From: a virus | Taxonomy: Duplodnaviria > Caudoviricetes | Direction: 5' to 3' (one strand) | Virus record (IMG/VR): IMGVR_UViG_3300020345_000005 | Span: 1 to 25,213 of that record | Length of the DNA: 25,213 bases | Shown here: positions 1-7,865 of the stretch, piece by piece | Layout of the letters: each line of letters starts with the position of its first letter | Position numbering within the stretch: position 1 is the first letter of the stretch | Translations under genes and position numbers: made by a program | Notes under the pieces: generated by a model | Told to the model about the DNA's origin: nothing | The model's database searches: none | Seen by the model: only the letters and a program-made list of their open reading frames with translations

Positions 1-1
1 C

Positions 2-1003
2 AATGACCTTGGGTATTCACAGCTGCAAAGGACAAGGGCAATTGAATTTGGACTATCGCCCGCCCAGGTAAGATTCTGGCAAGAGACTCTTATTAACAAA
101 TGCAATGCCGATCAAGATCGCTTCGATGAAGAGTGGCCTCTCAGCTGGCAGATATCTTTTGTGGCTTCAGGCAGGGGTGTCTTTGCTGCGGGCAAGCTAC
201 AGAAAAGACTCACTGAGTTGGACAAGGTTGAGCCTGTTGCTCTTGGGACTTTGGTTCCTGCTGACACAAAAGAACGGGGTGTAGATATACAGCAGGACGG
301 CGGGGCCTGGGAGATATACAAGAAGCCAGTTGATGGACACTCTTATATTGTTAGCTCCGATGCTGCCGGTGGGGGCACATCAAAAGAAGATGACTTCGCT
401 GCCATCCAAGTGTTTGATAGGGCAACTAAAGAGCAGGTCGCTGAGTTCTATGGCAAAGTGCCGCCGGATGTATTGGCACACCAGCAGGGCATGGCAGCAA
501 AGTACTATGGCAACACTATCATGGCGCCTGAAGCAAACAACCATGGGCTTTTGGTTATCCACTGCCTAGTAAAATACTATGCAGACCAGAAGCTATACCG
601 AAGATTCTCAGAAGTTGGTAAGGTTGAAGGCGCTCTTACAAATAAACTTGGGTACTCGACTGACGTAAGAACAAGGCACTATATGTTTGGTTTGTTTGAA
701 AGCTCAGTGAGGAGAGGTGAGATTACGCTCAACTCTCGTAGGTTATTAGGGGAGATGTTGACATTGGTAAGAGCCAAGGCAACGGGGAGGCCGCAAGCTG
801 CACCAGGCTACCATGATGATGCCTGCATGGCGCTTTGCATTGCTTTAGATATTGATAAACAACTTGCAGAGCAGGGCGCCCCGGCAGTAGAAGAGAAGAG
901 TCCCGTGCCCTCACTGATAGAGGGCAATGGGTTTGCTGTTCCGTTTGACGGAACGGCTTCAGTCAGTTACGAGGTAGATACAGGAGAAGGTCAATGGTTT
1001 TAA
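2..1003 (+). CDS. terL: Terminase large subunit, C-terminal RNase H-like nuclease domain (5' truncated by the window edge)
   Basis: The frame is open from base 2 (NDLGYSQ...RFDEEWPLSWQISFVASGRGVF), so the GTG at 161 is internal. Motifs YIVSSDAAGG..DDFAAIQVFD, APEANNHG, KLGYST and PGYHDDACMALCIAL are typical of the Terminase_6C-type nuclease. It lies upstream of the portal. Confidence 0.93.
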   Translation, partial: NDLGYSQLQRTRAIEFGLSPAQVRFWQETLINKCNADQDRFDEEWPLSWQISFVASGRGVFAAGKLQKRLTELDKVEPVALGTLVPADTKERGVDIQQDGGAWEIYKKPVDGHSYIVSSDAAGGGTSKEDDFAAIQVFDRATKEQVAEFYGKVPPDVLAHQQGMAAKYYGNTIMAPEANNHGLLVIHCLVKYYADQKLYRRFSEVGKVEGALTNKLGYSTDVRTRHYMFGLFESSVRRGEITLNSRRLLGEMLTLVRAKATGRPQAAPGYHDDACMALCIALDIDKQLAEQGAPAVEEKSPVPSLIEGNGFAVPFDGTASVSYEVDTGEGQWF

Positions 1004-1323
1004 AAGACGTGGCTATCCTTACAGCTAAAGCCCTGCTCTGTGGTGCGGCAATGAGGGCAATGAAATGGGCAGGGGTGGAGTCTGATGAGTCAGATGAAAG
1101 CGCCCCGGTTCAGGCAAAGCAGGAGGTAGAGCAGGTGGAGATACCTGCCGTGTCGCCATTGGATATTACCGTTCCATCTGGCGAAGACAGAACGGACTTC
1201 ACTGAGTGGTGGCAAGAGCAAGAGCTTCTAAGGAACGTCAACCCCAACTCGCCACACATTGACCCTGACTTTGATAAAATCCTAGCAGACACAATAGTTG
1301 ATGGTTTAGGTTACGATGCATGA
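994..1323 (+). CDS. Hypothetical protein between terminase and portal (mildly hydrophobic N-terminus, acidic body)
   Basis: AGGAG-type SD upstream (caggagaaggtcaATG). Overlaps the terL end and has an ATGA overlap with the portal start. Confidence 0.75.
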   Translation: MVLKDVAILTAKALLCGAAMRAMKWAGVESDESDESAPVQAKQEVEQVEIPAVSPLDITVPSGEDRTDFTEWWQEQELLRNVNPNSPHIDPDFDKILADTIVDGLGYDA

Positions 1324-3410
1324 GAATACTTGACACCACTGGGACAGGCACCAAAGAAGAACAACTTGCTGCTGAAATAGATCGGCTGTTTAGACACAGC
1401 AAAGATATGAAAAGCGAGTTGAACGATGAGTGGTGGACCAACCATGCATTCTACGATGGACGGCAGTATGTCACCTATAAACATGGCCGACCGCTTGAGC
1501 CTAAAGCCCCAAGCTATAGGGTAAGACTTACCAATAATCTTATCCGGCCAATTGTAAATACAACTGCATCAAAGCTAACACAACAAAGACCTGGGTGGAT
1601 AGTAAGGCCTGGCGGTGCAGAGGATGATAGAAGGCAGAAGGCTAAGGCATCTGGCCATCTTCTTGATTACCTCTACCGAAAGATGAAGATGCCATCCGTT
1701 ACATACGAAGTTGTTTGGTGGGCTTCGGTTGCTGGCTCTGGTTTTTTCAACACCTATTGGAACCCACATGCAGGTGACCTTGTTCAGGATGGATTAGACC
1801 TGAAGCCATCTGGGTTTCCAGTTGTAGAGGCATGGTCCCCATTCGATGTATACCCTGATCCAGAGGCAACACATCTAAGCAACAGCAAGTGGGTTATCTT
1901 AGCTCATGTGTTAACCGAGGCCGCTTTGGAAATGCGGTGGCCTGGGGCTGTGGAGTCAATTGACTTTCAAAGAAAGCTAAAGTCAGGGAGCCGCGACTCG
2001 GACAGCATGTGGAAAAGAGATGTTCGCGGTTACACTACGGGCCTTGATGAAAAGAAAGTTTATCGAGTGCTTGAGTACCAAGAGAAACCAAGCTCTGATC
2101 ACCCAGGCGGTCGTCGAATTCTAAGCAGCGGAGCTACCTTATTAGAAGAAACCCCCTTGCCCGGAGGCCGGTTCTCGCTTACACAGGTGAGGATCGGTGA
2201 GATGGCCGGTCGGTTCTGGGGGACCGGGGTCGTGTCTGGTATTATTCCCCTGCAAAAAGAACTCAACCGGACCATCTCACAGGTCTTAGAGTTGCGTAAC
2301 CTAAGCTCCTCTCCGCCATGGACAGCTGCTGCAGGCAGTGTTGGCAGGAACGGAATCAAGAACCGGCCAGACCACATCATCTTTTACAACCCAAACCTCG
2401 GGCCAGCGCCACAGCGGGTGCCCCCTGTGCCAATACCTGCCTCGCTATATGAGCTAGTGAACACACTGAAGACAAATATGTACGACGTGTCTGGTGTTCA
2501 TGAAGTGTCACAGGGAAGGAATCCATCGGGCGTTGTTTCTGGTCGAGCTATTGGTATGCTTGCCGATCAAGATGCAGTCAAACTGTCTGGCGCGGCACGC
2601 TCTCTTGAGGATGCGTTCTCTGATCTTGGAACCAACCTGCTTGAGATGTGGCGAGAAAACATGAATGTTGAGCAGACCATTAGCGTCCTTGGTGAAATGA
2701 AAAGACCAGAGGTTATGCTGTTTCAACGTGAGTTTATTGATAGCACGGACGTGGAGGTTGCAGCGGGTTCAATGCTGCCTAAGTTCGAGTCGTATGAAAA
2801 AGAATTGAGCCTTCAGCTGCTGCAGATTGGAGGGTTTGGTCCCGCCGAAGACCCAGAAACGCTCGTTCGTTTCCGTAAGGCGTTTGGCACTCAGGGTCTT
2901 GATCAGTTCTACGATGACGACACGAGCGATAGAAACTATCAGCGTCAAGAAAACGTAGATATGGAAGACGAATCAAACCACATGAAAATAAAGGTGCGGT
3001 GGTGGGAGAACCATCAGGTTCACATATCAGAGCTGCTGACCAGAATGAAAGAGCCTTCGTTTCGAGATCTCTCGCCGGAAGTGCAGGAGTTCTACGATAA
3101 ACACTTGGCAGAGCACTACAGGCAACTGCAAATGCAAATGCAAGGACTGCCATCTTGGGTTCAGGCATACGGCCAAGACCCGCAAGCTGCTGTGCAACAG
3201 CAGATGCCAGCTCCTCCAGAGGGTGACCTTGGTGGTGCAGCACCAGAAGAATTAGTGCAACCGTTGCCGCCAGAAATGCCAACAGGTGAAAAGTTTCCAG
3301 AGGATGATCAGCCGCCGGGAATGGTTGGCGGCGGTTCGCCAGAATTAAACCAAGCAGTTGGACCAAGAGGTCCTGGCTTTAACCCAGAAGAAGAAAGAGG
3401 AATGTTCTAA
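1320..3410 (+). CDS. Portal protein (P22-like/podoviral head-tail connector)
   Basis: 696 aa after terL. N-terminal WW.N.AFY.GRQY...NNLIRPIV....SKL...P motif, WSPFDVYPDP, RFWGTGVV..IIPLQKELNR, SGVHEVSQG..PSGV.SGRAI, and a Pro/Gln-rich disordered C-terminal tail. Confidence 0.9.
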   Translation: MRILDTTGTGTKEEQLAAEIDRLFRHSKDMKSELNDEWWTNHAFYDGRQYVTYKHGRPLEPKAPSYRVRLTNNLIRPIVNTTASKLTQQRPGWIVRPGGAEDDRRQKAKASGHLLDYLYRKMKMPSVTYEVVWWASVAGSGFFNTYWNPHAGDLVQDGLDLKPSGFPVVEAWSPFDVYPDPEATHLSNSKWVILAHVLTEAALEMRWPGAVESIDFQRKLKSGSRDSDSMWKRDVRGYTTGLDEKKVYRVLEYQEKPSSDHPGGRRILSSGATLLEETPLPGGRFSLTQVRIGEMAGRFWGTGVVSGIIPLQKELNRTISQVLELRNLSSSPPWTAAAGSVGRNGIKNRPDHIIFYNPNLGPAPQRVPPVPIPASLYELVNTLKTNMYDVSGVHEVSQGRNPSGVVSGRAIGMLADQDAVKLSGAARSLEDAFSDLGTNLLEMWRENMNVEQTISVLGEMKRPEVMLFQREFIDSTDVEVAAGSMLPKFESYEKELSLQLLQIGGFGPAEDPETLVRFRKAFGTQGLDQFYDDDTSDRNYQRQENVDMEDESNHMKIKVRWWENHQVHISELLTRMKEPSFRDLSPEVQEFYDKHLAEHYRQLQMQMQGLPSWVQAYGQDPQAAVQQQMPAPPEGDLGGAAPEELVQPLPPEMPTGEKFPEDDQPPGMVGGGSPELNQAVGPRGPGFNPEEERGMF

Positions 3411-4241
3411 ATGAGTGACACGGCCCCAGAAGCAACAACAGAGTCTGCCCCTTCATCCGATCCATTCGCTAGCTTGGATGCAGATGTAGCAGAAATAAAA
3501 AGAAACGCAGAGTCAGGACAGCAGCAGCCCAGGAATGAGCAAGGGCAGTTTGCTTCAGAAGAGCAGGCGCCTGCAGAAAGCCAACCAGATACTACTAACT
3601 GGCAGTCAGAGCATAACGCCCTAAAGCAGAAGATGGACCAGCGAGAAAAAGAGCTGCAGACTTTCTTTCAGACACACTTCAAAACCAATGAAGACTTTGA
3701 AGCTTTTCAAGCATGGTCTGAACAAAGAAGAAACCCAAGCCCTGAGCCTGAGCCTGAGCCTGAAAGCGGTTTTGGTTTAGATGATGACGATATTTTTTCT
3801 GACGTTGACAAGATAAAAGCATGGCAGAAAGAAGTTCAAAGAGAAATGGAATCGGTTAAGCAAGAGCGAGAGGCAAGAAGCCAGCAGGCACTGGTCAGGG
3901 AAACAGAAGCTGAAGCTACCGAGCTAGCAAAGAAGTACCCCGCAGTCGCCAACCCAGAAGGGAAAGACATGATGCTTCGACTACTTCTTACAACGATGAA
4001 TCAAGGCGGAACAATGGAAGACGCAGCCAAGATGGTGCAAAAGCTGGCGGGAAGCCCAGGCCAAGTAACCCAGCAGGCGGGCAAGCAGTCTCCAACCGTT
4101 ATCCCCAGGGGTTTGCCGGGGGCTTCGGCCAAGAAACTGCAGGAGCCAGATGAGCGAGAGCGACGATGGTATACCGGTGATATCGATGCGTTCGATGCTA
4201 TAAAAAGAGACACTCAAAAAGAATTCAACATGAGGAGCTAA
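3411..4241 (+). CDS. Putative capsid scaffolding protein
   Basis: Lies between portal and capsid. Acidic low-complexity N-terminus with a PRNEQGQFAS motif, followed by E/Q/K-rich predicted coiled coils. Confidence 0.75.
   Translation: MSDTAPEATTESAPSSDPFASLDADVAEIKRNAESGQQQPRNEQGQFASEEQAPAESQPDTTNWQSEHNALKQKMDQREKELQTFFQTHFKTNEDFEAFQAWSEQRRNPSPEPEPEPESGFGLDDDDIFSDVDKIKAWQKEVQREMESVKQEREARSQQALVRETEAEATELAKKYPAVANPEGKDMMLRLLLTTMNQGGTMEDAAKMVQKLAGSPGQVTQQAGKQSPTVIPRGLPGASAKKLQEPDERERRWYTGDIDAFDAIKRDTQKEFNMRS
3741..3764 (+). repeat. (CCTGAG)3-CCTGAA hexanucleotide tandem repeat encoding a PEPEPEPE linker
   Basis: Read directly: cctgagcctgagcctgagcctgaa. Confidence 0.9.
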
Positions 4242-4242
4242 C

Positions 4243-4401
4243 ATGAAAGGAAGCGATGACAAGAAGAAACAGAAGAAGGCAATCATGATCCTTCTTGCTG
4301 ACAATGCAAAGAAAAAGAAAGGAAAAGAGAAGGGTGAAAAAGAAGATGAAGATGATGATGAAGAAGAAAAAGATGAGTATGAAGAAGGCTCTTGCCCTTA
4401 G
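4243..4401 (+). CDS. Small charge-segregated protein, 52 aa (not in ORF track)
   Basis: MKGSDDKKKQKKAIMILLADNAKKKKGKEKGEKEDEDDDEEEKDEYEEGSCP*. GAGGAG SD at 4232-4237, and the ATG lies 1 nt after the scaffold stop. Confidence 0.75.
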   Translation: MKGSDDKKKQKKAIMILLADNAKKKKGKEKGEKEDEDDDEEEKDEYEEGSCP

Positions 4402-4414
4402 CTCTTAATTATCT

Positions 4415-4470
4415 TTGCAGGCCTAACATCTGTTGATGTTATATAGTTACCAAGCCGAGAGCATGGCTTT
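4415..4470 (+). promoter_or_regulatory. Putative promoter/operator region upstream of the major capsid gene
   Basis: Longest intergenic gap in the window (4402-4507), AT-rich. Perfect inverted repeat TAACATC-tgtt-GATGTTA (4424-4441), TTGCAG at 4415-4420, TATAGT at 4442-4447 (spacing is non-canonical), and a small hairpin AAGCC-N8-GGCTT (4452-4469). Confidence 0.4.
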
Positions 4471-4507
4471 CGCACGATCACGATTTTGATTTTTATGGAG
4501 ATTTAGA

Positions 4508-5794
4508 ATGCAAGATACTAGCAATTACGCCAATGCGATGAAGATTCGTTACGCAAAGGCGGTGTCAGAAACTATCAACCGAAAGGTTGTATTATATGAT
4601 GAGCTGACTAAGACCAGCGAACATTGGACAGGTAAGCACCACGAGCAACCAGTCTATCTTCGGAGCGCAAACGCAACGGGTGCGCGAAATGAAGGTGGCA
4701 CTTTGCCCGATGCATCAAGCGACGTTTACGAGTCAAGCATCATTAACAACAAGTTCAACTATGTTGTTATGACGGTGAGCAACATTGCCGAGGCAGCAAC
4801 AGCAGACCAAGCAGGCGCTTGGGCATCTGTAAAAACAGAGCAACTCAAGAACCGAACCAAGGATCTGACAGACAGCTTGAACCGTCAGTTCCACGGTGAT
4901 GGCTCTGGTGTTTTCTGTGAGGTTGCCAGTTTTGCCGGGGCAACAGTAACCATCAAGGGCTTTGATGACGGTACAGTGATCACAGACTCTGATACTCCAC
5001 GGACAACTCGCCACTTGAAGGTGGGAATGAAGGTTGCCTGGGGTACCGCTGCTCATCTTACCGCTGGCGCAGGCGCCACAACGGGTGTGGGTACAATTGC
5101 TTCAGTAAGCAAGTCCTCTCCTTTTACCGAGTTTGATCTGAGTGGTATTGTTGGTAACAACCCATCTGCTGGTGCAGTTTTTGTTCTTGGTAAGGCTGTG
5201 ACTGTTGCAAACCAGTCCTTTGATAAAGAGTGCATGGGTATTGCTGGTATTGTTAATAGCTCTGGCGCGCTTCAGAGTATTGACCCAGCGACTCACCCAG
5301 AGTGGGCGGCTACTGTCTTTGATAACCCAGCTGGCGCTGGCTCTGAGCGACCTCTCACTGAAGACTTGCTGAACCAAGCTATCGATGCTGTGGACGACTT
5401 GTCTACTGGCGAGTGTGACCTCATGGTTATGCACACTGCTACTCAGCGTGCGTACTTGAACATGCTAAAGTCGAAGGGCCAAGAGCGGTTCGCCCCAACA
5501 GAGATGAAGGGTGGATGGAAAGCGTTGACCTATCACCACGATGGTCGATTGATTCCTATTCTTTCAGACAAAGACTGTCGCCACCGTCAAATCTTCTGCT
5601 TGAGCAAAGCTGCTCTGAAGATTTACGAAACATCTCCATTCTCTTGGGATGAGTCAGGTGGTTCTGTTTGGAAATGGCAGTCAGGTCTTGACTCTGTTAC
5701 CGCTTTCGGTCGCACGTACTCAAACATGGGAACCTCAAACCGCGCTGGCCTTGCTCGTATTAACGACATTGCAGTTACCGGTCTGGTTGCTTAG
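4508..5794 (+). CDS. Major capsid protein (HK97 fold, probable insertion domain)
   Basis: 428 aa after the scaffold. GARNEGGTLP, LNRQFHGDGSG, KECMGIAGIV, LTEDLLNQAID and GGWKAL..DGRLIPILSDKDC patterns. GGAG SD, and codons biased to T-ending forms (GGT/GCT/GTT) as in highly expressed genes. Confidence 0.88.
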   Translation: MQDTSNYANAMKIRYAKAVSETINRKVVLYDELTKTSEHWTGKHHEQPVYLRSANATGARNEGGTLPDASSDVYESSIINNKFNYVVMTVSNIAEAATADQAGAWASVKTEQLKNRTKDLTDSLNRQFHGDGSGVFCEVASFAGATVTIKGFDDGTVITDSDTPRTTRHLKVGMKVAWGTAAHLTAGAGATTGVGTIASVSKSSPFTEFDLSGIVGNNPSAGAVFVLGKAVTVANQSFDKECMGIAGIVNSSGALQSIDPATHPEWAATVFDNPAGAGSERPLTEDLLNQAIDAVDDLSTGECDLMVMHTATQRAYLNMLKSKGQERFAPTEMKGGWKALTYHHDGRLIPILSDKDCRHRQIFCLSKAALKIYETSPFSWDESGGSVWKWQSGLDSVTAFGRTYSNMGTSNRAGLARINDIAVTGLVA

Positions 5795-5803
5795 GAGTAA
5801 GAC

Positions 5804-6688
5804 ATGCTAGGTATGGATTTTTCCAGACTTCGTGCGCTAGTCGAGTCAACCTACGGGTTGGGCCTCGGCAGCGGGCGGGTCTTTTTTGTCGGCTCATCGA
5901 CAGACAGATGGTTTGTTGAAGAGCAAGTTAATAACAAGGTCGATGGTACCGTTCGCACTACAGTGGACAGTGCCCTCAATGCCTGTGAGGCTGGTCGCGG
6001 TGACGTTGTTGTGGTTCTTCCGGGCAGTCACACGCTTACTGGCTCGCCATCAATGCCGAACAGCACTCGACTTCTGGGTGTTCCGGGCATGCGTGCGGCA
6101 ACCACAATTACTTCTAAATCGGGATCGAATGGGATGTCGTTGAGTGGTAATGACTGTCTTGTTCAAGGTCTTACTTTCAAGGTAAACAACGGCAAGCATG
6201 GCATTACCGTTACTGGCCTTCGCAACTCTGTGAAAGATTGCTCTTTCTTGGATGTCAGTGGTGCGCCTACGTCTTATCTGCAGGTAGATGGCCAAAGCGG
6301 AAGCAAGGGCGTTGGCACTCGCGTGTCTGATTGTTACTTCGGCTTGGATGCGGTTACCGCAATCCAGTTGTCGGCAGACGGTAACGATCAAATTGAAGAT
6401 GTGATTATTGAAAATTGCATTATCAATGCCGCAACCCAGGGTCTTATGTTTCCTGCTCACAATGCAACCGACATTATTGTTCGCGGGTGCTTGTTCAATG
6501 AAGCAACGGACCCGCTGCATTTGACCAACGGCAAAACGTATAACGGCAGCATTATTGTTGACTGTTCGTTTGCTCAGGCAACTGCATCCAAGGCAAATAT
6601 TACAAACAACCCAGGGTCGTTTCCGGCGTCGCTGTTGTTTGTTTGCAATAAAACTGTTGCTGGAATCAGCACGGCACAGCCAAGCTAA
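5804..6688 (+). CDS. Right-handed parallel beta-helix (pectin lyase-like) virion protein
   Basis: GRVFFVGS...TTVDSALNACEAGRGDVVVVLPGSH cap motif, then repeated rungs (CLVQGLTF, NSVKDCSF, TRVSDCYF, VIIENCII, IIVRGCLF, IIVDCSF). AGGAG SD. Confidence 0.75.
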   Translation: MLGMDFSRLRALVESTYGLGLGSGRVFFVGSSTDRWFVEEQVNNKVDGTVRTTVDSALNACEAGRGDVVVVLPGSHTLTGSPSMPNSTRLLGVPGMRAATTITSKSGSNGMSLSGNDCLVQGLTFKVNNGKHGITVTGLRNSVKDCSFLDVSGAPTSYLQVDGQSGSKGVGTRVSDCYFGLDAVTAIQLSADGNDQIEDVIIENCIINAATQGLMFPAHNATDIIVRGCLFNEATDPLHLTNGKTYNGSIIVDCSFAQATASKANITNNPGSFPASLLFVCNKTVAGISTAQPS

Positions 6689-7149
6689 TGCCGATTACAC
6701 CTGAGATGCTCCAGCGGTCGCGAGCAATGAAAGCAAGTGACCGCTGGACTTCTTACGTTCGTGAGCAGTACCCGCCTGCTTCGGATGCGCGTGTTGTTGT
6801 GGCATTTGACAGCGAGCTGGCACGGTGGATTTTATGTTACGACACTGAAGATGTTGTAGTTACCTCTGCCGGTCCAGCCCGTTGTCGATACCTCAAAGCA
6901 TTCTATGTTTGGGCTGGACCCAACGATTCATACCTAGAGCCTGGGCCTGCTGTGATTCGATGGCTGCGAGATCATGATCTTTATTCTGAAGAAAGCGTTG
7001 GCGAATGGGAGGATGCTCACTTTGCGCCTGTTGCTGCAGAGAAAAAGCGCCGAGAAGCCAACGCATGGGACGATGTGAGATACGAAATGAAGCAACTCTA
7101 CAATGCATCAGGCGGTGTCATTAAAGAGTTTGTTGGGGGTGTGCGTTGA
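6688..7149 (+). CDS. Hypothetical protein of the head/neck module
   Basis: 153 aa, coupled by TAATG to the upstream gene and by TTGA to the downstream gene. No function recognised. Confidence 0.75.
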   Translation: MPITPEMLQRSRAMKASDRWTSYVREQYPPASDARVVVAFDSELARWILCYDTEDVVVTSAGPARCRYLKAFYVWAGPNDSYLEPGPAVIRWLRDHDLYSEESVGEWEDAHFAPVAAEKKRREANAWDDVRYEMKQLYNASGGVIKEFVGGVR

Positions 7150-7865
7150 ACCTTGGTGAAATGAAAGTATTAGCCAGAGATCTTCTTGGTGAAAAAGGAG
7201 AGTACTGGCCTAGCGCACAGATGGACAGGATAGCAAACACCGCCAACAGAATGGTCTATCGTTCTGTAACCAACATTGACCCATCTTATTTTGGTGAGTC
7301 AAAGCGGATAACATATCCAGCAGATGCAACAGAGGTGTCTCTCGATAACGTAAGCTACCTTGGGACTAGCCCATATAAGGTTCTTGATGTTGCACACCTC
7401 GGCACAGATGCGGCGGTGTCTAGTTCAAACCAGCCGGTGTCGCTTGAATACATCCGACCTGACGAACAATACAACTCACCGTCCACTTTGCATGACCCTC
7501 ACTTTCACCAGTATGGTTCTCGGTTTTATCTTCGTTGGACTCTTGAGGGAGACAACGACTTAAAGCTAATTAGCGTGCCCGCGAGTGAAGTCTATCTGTA
7601 TGTTCGTTATGTCAGGCACCCAAGAACGTTGTCTGGTTCAACCGATGAGCTTCTTCACCCAGACAACGCAGTGGCTGCAACAACTTCATATGCAGAAGAG
7701 TTTCATGACTTGGTTTTAGTTACATTTACCAAGCTACTTACGATGAAAGAAAGACGGCAGGGCGGAGAGATTACTGAGCTGTATGTGTGGGTTCAGAATG
7801 AAGTGCGTCAAGCTGAGAACACCCGGTCTAATACTTCAAAGATGCTATATGAGTCACCTTACTAA
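7146..7865 (+). CDS. Head-to-tail adaptor (P22 gp4 / T7 gp11-like role)
   Basis: TTG start. MNLGEMKVLARDLLGE...W...MDRIAN.A N-terminus and LISVP....LYVRY..P..L....D...EEFHDLVL pattern typical of podoviral adaptors. Lies directly before the nozzle-like gene. Confidence 0.7.
   Translation: MNLGEMKVLARDLLGEKGEYWPSAQMDRIANTANRMVYRSVTNIDPSYFGESKRITYPADATEVSLDNVSYLGTSPYKVLDVAHLGTDAAVSSSNQPVSLEYIRPDEQYNSPSTLHDPHFHQYGSRFYLRWTLEGDNDLKLISVPASEVYLYVRYVRHPRTLSGSTDELLHPDNAVAATTSYAEEFHDLVLVTFTKLLTMKERRQGGEITELYVWVQNEVRQAENTRSNTSKMLYESPY

Noticed and set aside
161-163. GTG start of the 280-aa ORF
   Set aside because: The frame is open to the window edge with terminase-like sequence, so the gene begins upstream of the window.
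3408-3413. Portal and scaffold in frame (TAA ATG), possible fusion
   Set aside because: Simple abutting genes. The scaffold has its own purine-rich SD-like sequence (agagga), and there is no evidence of readthrough.
5792-5806. Capsid and beta-helix genes are in the same frame, suggesting a readthrough capsid-spike fusion or stop recoding
   Set aside because: Two in-frame stops (TAG gag TAA) intervene and the spacer is itself the AGGAG SD. TAG, TAA and TGA all end genes normally in this window.
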